A stretch of 64,000 nucleotides of DNA from contig JAMCWL010000103.1 of NCBI GenBank assembly GCA_023481285.1, positions 10,205 through 74,204 on the forward strand. Direction: 5' to 3'. A program made the position numbers and the translations under genes. The notes beneath the pieces are model-generated. The model worked only from the letters and a program-made list of their open reading frames with translations. It was not told the origin of the DNA and searched no databases. This document shows positions 7,473 through 17,216 of this stretch, one piece after another (position 1 is the first letter of the stretch; each line of letters starts with the position of its first letter). Source of the DNA: Actinomycetota bacterium (GTDB lineage: Bacteria > Actinomycetota > Aquicultoria > Aquicultorales > JAMCWL01).

Positions 7473-9893
7473 CTAGCTACGGATAATGGCGTTGAAGTCT
7501 TTTTGGAGACGTGCGACTATCTTCGCCTGTCTCTCCTTCGCCTCTTCAACTGTGAGCGTTCTCTCGGTCGACCGGTAGGTCATCGTATAGGCAACGCTTT
7601 TTTTACCGGCCGGAATACCGCCGTCTTGGAAGACGTCGAAGACTCCGGCGCTCTCAAGAATATCGCCGCCTTCTCTCTCAATCATCTTGATTATCTCCTC
7701 GTTTGTAACGCTTTCATCTACTACGAGCGCTACATCAAGCGATATGCCTGGAAACCTCGGTATCTCCTCGAAGAAGCGCTCTAAAGATGCCCCTTCAATC
7801 AGCAGATCGTGGCTGATTTCGGCCGCCATAACCTCCACCGGCAAGTCGTAGTTCGCCTGGACCGCCGGGTGTATCTGGCCGAACGCCCCGGCAGGCTCGC
7901 CGCCGATGAGAAGATCCGCAGATTTACCGGGATGAAAACGTGGATCTTTGGACGGCATGATCGACCAGTCGCCGATGCCGATCCTCTCCACCAGGTCGGT
8001 AACGACGCCTTTGAGGTCGTAGAAGTCGAATCGTCGACCCTTCTCCTTGTCGTACCACTCGTAGCCAAGTACCCGCCCGCTTAGGACAATGCCGAGCATC
8101 CTCTTCTCTTCCGGTAGAATGGCCCCGTCTGCAGGCATGAAGACCCTGCCCACCTCAAACTCCTTGACCGAGTACTGCTCCCGGTAGAGGTTGTGGCGCA
8201 CCACCTTGAGGAGCCCTGGCAGCAGCGAAGTCCTCATAATCGACTGCTCCTCGCTCAGTGGATTCAAGAGGGGAATGGCGTTCCGATATGCGCTGTCGGC
8301 GGGCAGATTCATATTGTCGGCATCCTGCGGGCCCATAAAGCTGTACGTCCGCGCCTCGAAAAGGCCCTGTGATATCAACCGCTCAGCGATTACCCCGGCC
8401 ATTCTCTGTTCGGGCGAGAGCCCTCCACGCTTACCACTGCTCTCCGGCAGGGTCGATTCGATGACGTCGTACCCGTACAACCGGGCGACCTCCTCGACCA
8501 GGTCGATCTCCCTCTCGAGGTCAAACCGGAAGGTCGGAACGGTAACCTTCAGTAGATGGGCGTCCTCGGACGCTGGCTTCACCCCGAGCCCGAGATGCGA
8601 GAGAATGGTCGAGACCTCTTTCGTCTCGAGCGACGCTCCCAGAATGGCATTCACCCGTCGGGTTCTAAGCGTCAGATTTCGCGGCTCTATCCTCGTCGGG
8701 TAGACGTCGATCTCACCCTTTAGAACTTCCCCACCGGCCAGCTCTCTCATCAGCTCAATCGCCCGGTCGGAGGCGAATTGGACGATGTTCGGATCAACGC
8801 CCTTTTCAAAGCGCGCCGACGCTTCCGAAAAGAGACCGAGCCGCCGAGAGGTGCGCATAATCGATTCGGGCTTGAAGTGGGCCGCCTCGAGCAGCACGTT
8901 GACCGTTCTATCGGTGACCTCCGAGTACCCGCCGCCCATGATTCCGGCGATTGCTATAGCTCGACTTGCGTCTGCGATGACCAGGTCGTCAGTTAATAGC
9001 AAGCGCTCGACCTCGTCGAGGGTGACGATGCGCTCGCCTTCGGTCGCCCTCCTGACGATAATCTTCCCGCCGCCAACCTGATCGAAGTCGAAGGCGTGAA
9101 GCGGCTGCCCGGTCTCGATCATGACGTAGTTTGTAGCATCGACGATGTTGGAGATCGGCCGGACGCCCGCCTTTTCCAGCCTCCGCCTCATCCAGAGGGG
9201 TGAGGGACCGATCTTCACCCCCATGATGAGCCGGGCCTCGTATCTCGGACAGAGTTCCGGGTCCTTTATCTCAACCGACGCCATCTCCGCTGCCGGTCGA
9301 ACGCCCTCCATGACGCTTGTCGATGGAAGCTTCAGCTCGGCGGCGGTGATCGCCGCCGCTTCTCGCGCTACGCCTATCATCCCGAGGCAATCCGGGCGAT
9401 TCGCCGTTACTTCCAGCTCGAATACAACGTCATCCAAGCCGAGCGCCTTAGCCAAAGGCGTACCGATCTCATATGTGCTGTCGAGAACCATGATGCCGGC
9501 GGCGTCCTCGCCAAGTCCGAGCTCCGACTTCGAGCAGATCATCCCATTCGATTCGATACCCCTGATCTTGGCCCTGCTCAACTCGATTCCGTTCGGAAGC
9601 CTGGCGCCGGGCAAGCCCACCGGAACCACCTGTCCGCCCTCGACGTTTGGCGCCCCACAGACTATCTGCCGCAGCTCTTCCTCACCTATATCAACTTGAC
9701 ATACCTTAAGACGGTCGGCGTTCGGGTGCTTTTCGCAATCGACCACGAGGCCGACGATGACCTTATCCAACTCCTTGTCCAGGTATTTTACGCTCTCGAC
9801 CGCCGTTCCAGTCAGGTCAAAGCGCTTAGCAAGCTCATCGGGAGATAGCTCGATGTGGACGTATTCTTTTAACCAACTGAACGGTACGAGCAT
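7473..9893 (-). CDS. pheT: Phenylalanine--tRNA ligase beta subunit
   Basis: 806 aa, with the tRNA-binding N-domain (HPNADRLKVCQVD), B3/4, B5 and FDX-ACB regions. Confidence 0.95.
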   Translation of the reverse strand: MLVPFSWLKEYVHIELSPDELAKRFDLTGTAVESVKYLDKELDKVIVGLVVDCEKHPNADRLKVCQVDIGEEELRQIVCGAPNVEGGQVVPVGLPGARLPNGIELSRAKIRGIESNGMICSKSELGLGEDAAGIMVLDSTYEIGTPLAKALGLDDVVFELEVTANRPDCLGMIGVAREAAAITAAELKLPSTSVMEGVRPAAEMASVEIKDPELCPRYEARLIMGVKIGPSPLWMRRRLEKAGVRPISNIVDATNYVMIETGQPLHAFDFDQVGGGKIIVRRATEGERIVTLDEVERLLLTDDLVIADASRAIAIAGIMGGGYSEVTDRTVNVLLEAAHFKPESIMRTSRRLGLFSEASARFEKGVDPNIVQFASDRAIELMRELAGGEVLKGEIDVYPTRIEPRNLTLRTRRVNAILGASLETKEVSTILSHLGLGVKPASEDAHLLKVTVPTFRFDLEREIDLVEEVARLYGYDVIESTLPESSGKRGGLSPEQRMAGVIAERLISQGLFEARTYSFMGPQDADNMNLPADSAYRNAIPLLNPLSEEQSIMRTSLLPGLLKVVRHNLYREQYSVKEFEVGRVFMPADGAILPEEKRMLGIVLSGRVLGYEWYDKEKGRRFDFYDLKGVVTDLVERIGIGDWSIMPSKDPRFHPGKSADLLIGGEPAGAFGQIHPAVQANYDLPVEVMAAEISHDLLIEGASLERFFEEIPRFPGISLDVALVVDESVTNEEIIKMIEREGGDILESAGVFDVFQDGGIPAGKKSVAYTMTYRSTERTLTVEEAKERQAKIVARLQKDFNAIIRS

Positions 9894-9924
9894 TACATCC
9901 TCCTACTCGTGGAAGCAAGTGCTT

Positions 9925-9963
9925 TCAGTTTACAGTTTACAGTTCTCAGTTATCAGTTATCAG
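9925..9963. repeat. Intergenic tandem word repeat (CAGTTTA / CAGTTAT units)
   Basis: The sequence reads cagtttacagtttacagttctcagttatcagttatcagt. It lies between pheS and pheT. Confidence 0.9.
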
Positions 9964-9989
9964 TAAAGGCATAGCACCCGTCCTCTAAG

Positions 9990-11039
9990 CTAGAACTGTC
10001 GTAGGAACCGCATATCATTCTCGAAAAACAACCTCATGTCCGAAATGCCATATTTCAACATAGCGATTCTTTCCACGCCCATGCCGAACGCAAAGCCGGA
10101 GACGGTTTCCGGATCGTAGCCGACTTGCGCAAGAACGTTCGGATCGACCATGCCGGCGCCGAGAATCTCTATCCAGCCGTTGCCACAGACCCGACAACCC
10201 CGCCTGTTGCAGACGAAGCACGAGACGTCAACCTCGGCCGACGGCTCGGTAAAGGGGAAGAAGTGCGGGCGTAGCCTCACTTCGCGATCCTCTCCAAACA
10301 TCGCCTTCGCGAAGACCTCGAGCGTCCCCTTCAAATCCCCGAGTGTGATCTTCTCATCAACCGCCAGGCCTTCGACCTGGTGAAAGACGGGGGAGTGCGT
10401 TGGATCGATCGCGTCCCGGCGGTAGACGCGCCCGGGGACGATGACGTAAATGGGGGGCTTTGCCGCCTCCATCACCCTTATCTGGACCGGTGAGGTATGC
10501 GTCCTTAGAAGAGCGTCATCACTCGCAGGCCGGTCGCCCGCCTTTCGGACGTAGAAGGTGTCCGTCGTCGACCTAGCGGGATGATCGGGAGGGGTATTGA
10601 GCGCCTCGAAATTGTAATAATCGAGCTCGATCTCGGGCCCTTCGGCCACGCGGTATCCCAGCCCGATGAATATGTCGATGATCTCATCCGTTACCTGGGT
10701 AAGCAGGTGCTTTCTTCCAACGTTCGGCTTTCGACCGGGCAGCGTTATATCCACGCGCTCAGCTTCAAATTTGGCCTTGAGCTCGCTTTTTCCCAGCTCC
10801 TCTCTCCTGCTCGCCAGCGCTTGCTCGATCTCCTGGCGAACCTCATTGACGAGCGCGCCAACAACCGGGCGCTCTTCAGCCGGGAGCATTCCCAACTCCT
10901 TGAGAGCCGAAGTTATCTTCCCTTTTTTGCCCAGGTAGGAGACCCTGATCTCCTCAAGTTCGGCGACCGTACCGGCTGACTTAATCGAGGCTATAGCTTC
11001 TTCTTTGACTGACCGCACCTCTTCCGCCTTCAAAAACAA
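9990..11039 (-). CDS. pheS: Phenylalanine--tRNA ligase alpha subunit
   Basis: 349 aa with class II motifs (FPFTEPSAEVD, GFAFGMGVERIAML). Confidence 0.95.
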   Translation of the reverse strand: MFLKAEEVRSVKEEAIASIKSAGTVAELEEIRVSYLGKKGKITSALKELGMLPAEERPVVGALVNEVRQEIEQALASRREELGKSELKAKFEAERVDITLPGRKPNVGRKHLLTQVTDEIIDIFIGLGYRVAEGPEIELDYYNFEALNTPPDHPARSTTDTFYVRKAGDRPASDDALLRTHTSPVQIRVMEAAKPPIYVIVPGRVYRRDAIDPTHSPVFHQVEGLAVDEKITLGDLKGTLEVFAKAMFGEDREVRLRPHFFPFTEPSAEVDVSCFVCNRRGCRVCGNGWIEILGAGMVDPNVLAQVGYDPETVSGFAFGMGVERIAMLKYGISDMRLFFENDMRFLRQF

Positions 11040-11044
11040 GCCTC

Positions 11045-11334
11045 CTTCTATAAATAAATCCCCCGTCCTAGGACGAAGGGATTCTTCGCGGTACCACCTA
11101 AGTTAGCCATAGGGCTCTCTCATTGAAGCTTCGCTTCCGCCCGTTAACGGGGGCTCCGTCCAGGTCTACTGGTTGTCGTTACGCTTCTACCGATACAACT
11201 TTCTACCTGACGCTCCAGGGTGAAACTTCAGCCAGCACGCCTCTTGGTCGCTTCCAGCCATGGCGCCCTTCTCTTGAGAGGTTACCAACCTACTCCTCCC
11301 CTTCACAGCGTTTGCTATATTGCGGAGGATTATA
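11045..11334 (-). promoter_or_regulatory. T-box leader (Phe specifier) with an extended -10 promoter and a terminator, controlling pheST
   Basis: On the minus strand there is TGgTATAAT at 11337-11329. An AGAGA-type stem I element follows. A UUUC-A specifier candidate lies at 11225-11221. The T-box core GGUGGUACCGCG lies at 11098-11087. A terminator hairpin and U-tract lie at ~11085-11052, just upstream of the pheS RBS. Confidence 0.75.
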
Positions 11335-11375
11335 CCACAACGATCGCATCTCACGTCGTGCAATGTTTGTGTTTC

Positions 11376-11412
11376 CCAGCTTCCAGCTTCCAGCTACTAG
11401 CTACTAGCTACC
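11376..11412. repeat. Intergenic tandem word repeat (CCAGCTT / CTACTAG units)
   Basis: The sequence reads ccagcttccagcttccagctactagctactagctacc. It lies between the rplT stop and the T-box promoter. Confidence 0.9.
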
Positions 11413-11483
11413 GGCTTCTAAAATTCACAGCCAGCAGCCTGTGGTGGAAGCTCAAAGCGCCGCTCCAAGAAAAATTTAATCGC

Positions 11484-11849
11484 CTAGCTCGCGGCAGATA
11501 CCTTCTCCTTCGCAATGTTGGCGAGCTCGGTAAAGGCTCCCGGATCGTTGACGGCCAGCTCCGCCAAGACTTTCCGATCGATTTCAACCTCGGCCATCTT
11601 CAAGCCGCTGATCATTGTGCTGTAGCTAAGGCCGTTAAGCCTCGCAGCCGCGTTAATCCTCGTAATCCAGAGCCGGCGAAAATCCCTCTTCCTGGCCCTT
11701 CGATCACGATAAGCATAAGAGAGAGATTTCATGACCTGCTCTTTGGCATTCTTAAACCTACGGCTCTTAGCCCCCCGGTACCCCTTGGCAAGCTCCAATA
11801 TCTTCTTATGTCTACGCTTGGCGCCCTTCGCCCGGCTAGCGCGCGGCAT
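11484..11849 (-). CDS. rplT: 50S ribosomal protein L20
   Basis: The sequence [26 protein letters not shown] is canonical L20. Confidence 0.95.
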   Translation of the reverse strand: MPRASRAKGAKRRHKKILELAKGYRGAKSRRFKNAKEQVMKSLSYAYRDRRARKRDFRRLWITRINAAARLNGLSYSTMISGLKMAEVEIDRKVLAELAVNDPGAFTELANIAKEKVSAAS

Positions 11850-11882
11850 AATTCATCATCCCCTTCTTAACCTACCGGTCTC

Positions 11883-12077
11883 TTACAATCCCAAAAGCCT
11901 CTTGGCCACCCTGGCATTCGTCTCATGAAGCACGGCATCCTTGCGAAGATGCCTCTTCCGCTTAGAGGTCTTTTTGCCGGTAAAGTGAGAGTGAAAGGCG
12001 TGGCCCCTGACCAATTTACCGGTTCCCGTCACGCGAAGCCTCTTGGCAGCCCCGCGATGCGTCTTCATCTTAGGCAC
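11883..12077 (-). CDS. rpmI: 50S ribosomal protein L35
   Basis: (V)[20 protein letters not shown] is L35. I trimmed the start to the GTG at 12077, because the 79-aa track ORF carries a non-homologous N-terminal extension. Confidence 0.9.
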   Translation of the reverse strand: MPKMKTHRGAAKRLRVTGTGKLVRGHAFHSHFTGKKTSKRKRHLRKDAVLHETNARVAKRLLGL

Positions 12078-12163
12078 GGCTCTATCCCCTTTCGATCCAT
12101 CCATGTTCGACCTGCACACCACAGGCCTTGCTGAATCAAGACCCCATAGCCGGACAGCCGCCG

Positions 12164-12739
12164 TTATTCCTCGACAGTCTTGCCCTCGCCGACCGCCGCC
12201 TTTTCAGCTTTAGCCTCTTTCTCCTTCGGCTTCACGGTCGGTGCAATCACCATGATCATGTTTCGCCCATCCTGCTTGGGCAGCGACTCGACCCTTGCTA
12301 TATCGCTCAGCTCAGTAGCCATCCGGTCGAGAAGCCGGCGGCCGATATCGGTGTGAGCCATCTCCCGACCACGAAACATCACCGTGATTTTTACCTTTGA
12401 TCCACTCTCAAGGAAGCGAATAATATGCTTCTTCTTGGTCTCGAAGTCGTGAGTCTCTATCTTTGGACGCAGTTTCATCTCCTTGAGGATGGTCGCCGCC
12501 GAGCGCTTCCTGGCCTTTTTGGCCTTCAGCGCTTGCTCATACCTGTACTTGCCATAGTCCATTATGCGGCAGACCGGTGGATCGGCCTGCGGTGCGACCT
12601 CTACGAGGTCAAGTCCGGCATCGTACGCTATCTTGAGCGCCTCTTGAATGCTCTTTATGCCAAGCTGTTCCCCGTCTTCAGCAATGAGACGGACCTGGGG
12701 CGTACGGATGCGCTCATTTACCCTAACGTCTGTTGAGAT
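12164..12739 (-). CDS. infC: Translation initiation factor IF-3 with a non-canonical ATC start
   Basis: The track ORF starts at an internal Met ([10 protein letters not shown]). IF-3 homology continues upstream: [59 protein letters not shown]. An in-frame TGA two codons upstream of ATC (12739-12737) bounds the ORF. A GGAGGTG RBS sits 7 nt upstream, and no ATG, GTG or TTG is available. Confidence 0.85.
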   Translation of the reverse strand: MSTDVRVNERIRTPQVRLIAEDGEQLGIKSIQEALKIAYDAGLDLVEVAPQADPPVCRIMDYGKYRYEQALKAKKARKRSAATILKEMKLRPKIETHDFETKKKHIIRFLESGSKVKITVMFRGREMAHTDIGRRLLDRMATELSDIARVESLPKQDGRNMIMVIAPTVKPKEKEAKAEKAAVGEGKTVEE

Positions 12740-12810
12740 ACTTTTTCACCTCCGCGGTAATTACGATCTGGCGTTTATCGCCCTGCTCTCTACGAGCCGT
12801 ATCTGTATAA

Positions 12811-12838
12811 CAAAAAAGCAGGCAGCATCTGCTGCCCA
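12811..12838 (-). terminator. Rho-independent terminator downstream of thrS
   Basis: The minus strand reads GGCAGCAGAUGCUGCC followed by UGCUUUUUUG. Confidence 0.55.
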
Positions 12839-12987
12839 CTAATGGGGTTCTCTGAACCTTGCTGGCAGCCCGTCAACCAGCGCCGCAAGGCGAGAAGCAG
12901 ATGCCCGGTAAAATCTCCGAATTGCTTCTTCTTGTCTTTATAAAATATCACTCAGTATAAACTGCTCGGAAATCTTTGTCCAGATGC

Positions 12988-14904
12988 CTATCCCTCGGGA
13001 ACCGGCGGCTTGAGCTGAACCGCCAGCTCGTGGGCGAATTCATCAAGCGGCTTGGGCCCTTTGTCGCCCTCCCGGTCTCGCACCGCGACCGACCCCGATT
13101 CCACCTCTTTATCCCCAACTATTAGCATGTAAGGCATCTTCATCAATTGCGCGTCCCATATTTTCTTATTTACCGACTCGACGCGAGTATCTACGTCGAC
13201 TCTGACCCCTACCTCTTCGAGTCGGGATGAGACCGACCTGGCGTAATCGTTGTGGCGGTCCGCGATCGGGAGAACCATCACCTGTACCGGCGAGAGCCAG
13301 ACGGGAAAAGCCCCGGCATAATGCTCGACGAGACAGCCGATAAAGCGCTCGAGAGAGCCAAGGATCGCCCGGTGAATCATGATCGGCTGGTGGTCAAGGT
13401 TGTCCGCCCCCTTGTATTTGATGTTGAAGCGCTCCGGGAGATTGAAGTCGACCTGGATCGTCGTGCATTGCCAGGCTCGCCCAAGAGCGTCCTTGATCTT
13501 GACGTCGATCTTGGGTCCGTAAAAGACGCCCTCGCCGGGATCGATCGAGTAAGCGAGGCCGCGCTTTTCAAGCGCCCCTCTCAGCGCGTCCGTCGCCTTC
13601 TCCCAGTTGGCCTTGGTCCCGACGAACTTCTCGGGCCTGGTGGACAGGTAGATTTCGTGCTCCGAGAAACCGAAGGTTCGCAACATGTACGTCGTGAGGT
13701 CGAGAACGCCCATTATCTCATCCTCGATCTGATCGACCGTGCAGAAGATGTGCGCATCATCCTGCGTAAAGCCGCGCACCCTCAGGAGACCGTGGAGCAC
13801 GCCGCTCCTCTCGAAGCGGTAGACGGTCCCGAGCTCCGCCCAGCGTATGGGCAACTCCCGGTAGCTTCGCGTCGCCGATTTGAAGATGAGAATGTGCTCC
13901 GGGCAGTTCATCGGCTTGACGACGTAGTCGCTACCTTCCACGTCCATCGGAGAGAACATCGAGTCCCGGTAGAAATCCCAATGGCCGCTCCTCTCCCAAA
14001 GACCGACGTGGGCGATGTGCGGAACCATGACCAAGTCATAGCCTCTCTTCAGGTGCTCATCTTTCCAAAAATCCTCAATGATCTTGCGCATCAAGGCGCC
14101 CTTCGGATGCCATAGGGCGAGCCCCGGCCCCACCTCCTCGCTGAAGCTAAAGAGGTCGAGCTCTCGCCCAAGCTTCCGGTGGTCGCGTTTGCCGGCCTCC
14201 GCAAGCCTTACCAGATATGCATCAAGATCTTTGGAGTTAGACCAAGCCGTCCCGTAGATTCTCTGAAGCATAGGCCGCTTCTCATCACCCCGCCAGTAGG
14301 CGCCCGCGACGGAGAGGAGCTTGAAGGCCCCGGTGCGGCCGGTCGAAGGGACGTGCGGGCCGCGGCAGAGGTCGACAAAGCCGTCCTCTTCGTAGATGGA
14401 GACGGTCTCCCCTTCGAGTTCGTCGATAAGCTCCAGCTTGAAAGGCTGGTCGGCGAATATCTCGCGAGCCTCGTTCCTGGATATCTCCCGGCGGGCGAAC
14501 GGCTCATCGGCTCTCACAATCTCGCGCATCTTTCCCTCAATTTGAGATAGGTCGTTCACGTTAAGCGGCTCTTCGAGGAGGAAGTCGTAGTAGAAGCCGT
14601 CTTCAATTGTTGGACCGATGCCTAGCTTGACGTTCGGGTACATCTCAACGACCGCGTGGGCCATGATATGGGCCGCGCTGTGCCGTGCGACGTCGAGCCC
14701 GTCGGGAGACCTGTCGGTGATTATCTCGACGCGGGCTCCATCGACGAGACCGGTTTTCAAGTCGACCGCCCTTCCGTCAAGGCGGGCGGCGACCGCCGCC
14801 TTCGCGAGTCTCGCACCGATCTTCTCGGCGAGGTCCCTAACGTTACTTCCCTCTTCCATCTGCAGCATCGTGCCATCAGGCAGCTCAACGGTAATATGGT
14901 CCAT
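12988..14904 (-). CDS. thrS: Threonine--tRNA ligase
   Basis: 638 aa with TGS, editing, class II catalytic and anticodon-binding domains. Confidence 0.95.
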   Translation of the reverse strand: MDHITVELPDGTMLQMEEGSNVRDLAEKIGARLAKAAVAARLDGRAVDLKTGLVDGARVEIITDRSPDGLDVARHSAAHIMAHAVVEMYPNVKLGIGPTIEDGFYYDFLLEEPLNVNDLSQIEGKMREIVRADEPFARREISRNEAREIFADQPFKLELIDELEGETVSIYEEDGFVDLCRGPHVPSTGRTGAFKLLSVAGAYWRGDEKRPMLQRIYGTAWSNSKDLDAYLVRLAEAGKRDHRKLGRELDLFSFSEEVGPGLALWHPKGALMRKIIEDFWKDEHLKRGYDLVMVPHIAHVGLWERSGHWDFYRDSMFSPMDVEGSDYVVKPMNCPEHILIFKSATRSYRELPIRWAELGTVYRFERSGVLHGLLRVRGFTQDDAHIFCTVDQIEDEIMGVLDLTTYMLRTFGFSEHEIYLSTRPEKFVGTKANWEKATDALRGALEKRGLAYSIDPGEGVFYGPKIDVKIKDALGRAWQCTTIQVDFNLPERFNIKYKGADNLDHQPIMIHRAILGSLERFIGCLVEHYAGAFPVWLSPVQVMVLPIADRHNDYARSVSSRLEEVGVRVDVDTRVESVNKKIWDAQLMKMPYMLIVGDKEVESGSVAVRDREGDKGPKPLDEFAHELAVQLKPPVPEG

Positions 14905-14980
14905 AGTTCTCCCCTCCCTTTCGGTTGAATTCTTCTTAAGTTGACAGCTCCTGGCTCCTAGCTAGCCACCTTATGCAACC

Positions 14981-16303
14981 TTAGCCCGGCCTTTCAGGCG
15001 CCCACTGAGCTAGCTGCTTATCCTTAACCCATCGAACGGCGGCCAGCCAGACCGGAGCGGAGGTTATCATCAGGAGCGGCAGGTATGGAAGACTATACCG
15101 GCTATTGCCGATCGATGCGAGATGCACGGCAACACCCGCCACCAGAACAATCGCCACCACGGCCGTCCCTGGCGAGCTCTTTACAAGCTTGAACGAACCG
15201 AAGAGCCCGGATATCAAGAGGGTGTAGATGACGACGTACTGCGCTATCCCAACCGGCCGCCACCTGCCCTCATTGAATAGGTACGGCATCCACATCTTGC
15301 GCCATTTGCTCCAGATCAGACTTGCCAGTTCAGCGGGGCCCTGACCGGCAATCTCTTTAAATCCCAGCTTGTAGAGCAAGGAGTTCATCTCGATCTCCGA
15401 GAGCCCAGGATTCTCCTTCTTTACCTGGTCGAGGGCGGTCGGCAGGTCCATTCCTCGACGGTCAGCCTTATTCCCCCACCAGAACGTGACGCCTCCGGTC
15501 GTCGCCGCCGGGGAGAGCGTCCCCATATCGATGTAATTTCGCACGCTCCATGGCACGATAATGACAAGGGCGGCAACCAGGAAGGTTGAGGCCCTCTTCG
15601 CCATCCAGGCCCAGCCATGATTTCGGTAGCGACGGATAGCGAAGGGCAGCATGATGATGGGTGCCACGGATATTACCTGGCGGCATAGGAAGGCGAGCGC
15701 AAAAGTGGCGCCGGCCAGCCCGAATATCACCATCCCGGGCTTTTCATTCGAAATAGCCTTCGCCAGAAGGTAGACGAAGAGTATTTCGAGGAAGACGAAG
15801 AGCGTTTCGGACAAAACCGCTGACGGGTAAGCTGCGAGCTCCGGATAGACCGCAAAGAGCGCCGCCGCCATAAGGCCCGCCCTTTTCCCGTAAAGGAGCT
15901 CGCCCACCTTGAAGACGACGTAGCATGTGAGAAGCGACACGAGTATCTGGGCGATCTGTATGTACCTGAAGGAGTAGCCAAACAAGCGGTAGATAGCTGC
16001 CACGAAGAGAGGATAGACCGGGCCGTAAAAGGCGGTCGGCTTCCCCTTCTGGACGATGAGATAGTTCTCACCGATATAGCCCTTCCCGGCCAGAAGGTGC
16101 CGGGGGATCATGTCATAAAGGAAAGTATCGGGCGATCGGACGGGTATCGCCATGCCTGCCTGGTTCAGCATATAGAGAACGCGCAATCCAAGGGCGACGG
16201 CCAGCACCCCGATCAGGACGGCCACCGCCAGCCTGTCTTTTGAAATCTTCCCGAACATATCCCGCGAGGCTTGGCTCTCCAATTCGCCTTCGCCCATGGT
16301 CAA
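14981..16303 (-). CDS. GT39/ArnT-like polytopic membrane glycosyltransferase (PMT_2 type)
   Basis: 440 aa with many TM helices and a family-typical N-terminal loop and TM pattern. It overlaps the upstream GT2 gene by 4 nt. Confidence 0.7.
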   Translation of the reverse strand: MTMGEGELESQASRDMFGKISKDRLAVAVLIGVLAVALGLRVLYMLNQAGMAIPVRSPDTFLYDMIPRHLLAGKGYIGENYLIVQKGKPTAFYGPVYPLFVAAIYRLFGYSFRYIQIAQILVSLLTCYVVFKVGELLYGKRAGLMAAALFAVYPELAAYPSAVLSETLFVFLEILFVYLLAKAISNEKPGMVIFGLAGATFALAFLCRQVISVAPIIMLPFAIRRYRNHGWAWMAKRASTFLVAALVIIVPWSVRNYIDMGTLSPAATTGGVTFWWGNKADRRGMDLPTALDQVKKENPGLSEIEMNSLLYKLGFKEIAGQGPAELASLIWSKWRKMWMPYLFNEGRWRPVGIAQYVVIYTLLISGLFGSFKLVKSSPGTAVVAIVLVAGVAVHLASIGNSRYSLPYLPLLMITSAPVWLAAVRWVKDKQLAQWAPERPG

Positions 16304-17055
16304 TCGGTAAAACGGTACTTGAGAAGAGTCCAGATGGCCTCAAAACCATCCGTCCACCTTATCTTCTTGCCCTCGGAGGTCGACCGGGCCCGGTAATTGA
16401 TCGGCACCTCGTGGATCCTGATGCCCCTTTTAAGCACTTTGGCCGTTATCTCCGGGCAGAACTCAAAGCGCTTGGCTTTAAGCTTGATCGACCTGATGAG
16501 ATCGCCCTTGAACGCCTTATAGGCGGTCGCCTCATCCGTTATCAGGGAGAAAAAGAGGACGTTTGCGGCCAGAGTTAGAATCTTGTTCGCCAGGCGGTTC
16601 GCAAAGGCCATATTCTCACATCTGCCTTTAAACCGGCTACCGTAGACGACATCCGCCTCGCCGGAGAGAAGGGGTCCCAATACCTTGGGTATGTCCTTCG
16701 TGTCGTACTCCATGTCCGCGTCCTGGACCATGACCAAGTCCCCGGTCGCTGTGGACAGCCCCCGCCTGATGGCCGCGCCCTTCCCCGAGTTCTCCTCCAT
16801 CAGGCTGACCCTGAAACCTTTTTTGTCCAGCTTTTCAAGGTACTCTTTTGTCCCATCGGTGGACCCGTCGTCTACTAGAATTACCTCTTTCGAAACTCCA
16901 TCCGGCAATTCCACCCTGTCCAGGTTGTCGATAACCTGCTCTATCCAGTCGATTTCATTATATACCGGAACGATCAGGCTTACGGTCTTCTCGGTCAACC
17001 TCGGCTCCTTGCCGGCGTTTGCCTTCTTTTCATAGCTTTTGACGGCCGCCTTCAT
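16300..17055 (-). CDS. GT2 polyprenol-phosphate glycosyltransferase (Dpm1/PpgS-like)
   Basis: Motifs SLIVPVYNE, DDGSTDGT and QDADMEYD are present. I moved the start to the ATG at 17055 (RBS AGAGGGGG), because the track start at 17124 reads out of the tandem repeat block. Confidence 0.8.
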   Translation of the reverse strand: MKAAVKSYEKKANAGKEPRLTEKTVSLIVPVYNEIDWIEQVIDNLDRVELPDGVSKEVILVDDGSTDGTKEYLEKLDKKGFRVSLMEENSGKGAAIRRGLSTATGDLVMVQDADMEYDTKDIPKVLGPLLSGEADVVYGSRFKGRCENMAFANRLANKILTLAANVLFFSLITDEATAYKAFKGDLIRSIKLKAKRFEFCPEITAKVLKRGIRIHEVPINYRARSTSEGKKIRWTDGFEAIWTLLKYRFTD

Positions 17056-17112
17056 GACCCCCTCTTGGTACGTCGCCTTTAGTAATTCTAGCCCAAGGCG
17101 TAGCTCTTTTCT

Positions 17113-17150
17113 AGCAATTAGCAATTAGCAATTAGCGATTAGGAATTAGC
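17113..17150. repeat. Intergenic tandem word repeat (GCAATTAG units)
   Basis: The sequence reads agcaattagcaattagcaattagcgattaggaattagc. This is the same word as in the block at 5821. Confidence 0.9.
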
Positions 17151-17160
17151 AGGTATACTT

Positions 17161-17216
17161 CGGGTTTCTAAGTTTCTAAGTTTCTAAGTTTCGGGTTTCG
17201 GGTTTCTAGTTTCTAG
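17161..17216. repeat. Intergenic tandem word repeat (TTTCTAAG / TTTCGGG / TTTCTAG units)
   Basis: The sequence reads cgggtttctaagtttctaagtttctaagtttcgggtttcgggtttctagtttctag. It ends at the stop codon of the 1220-aa gene. Confidence 0.9.

Noticed and set aside
13252-14115. Long antisense ORFs inside well-supported genes: 287 aa in thrS, 269 aa at 32384-33193 in ffh, 350 aa at 36557-37609 across the ABC genes, 303 aa at 6873-7784, 251 aa at 53315-54070 and 254 aa at 50172-50936
   Set aside because: They lie opposite genes with clear family signatures. Their composition is low-complexity and rich in Arg, Ser and Pro, as expected for shadow frames in GC-rich DNA. They have no RBS and no recognisable domains.
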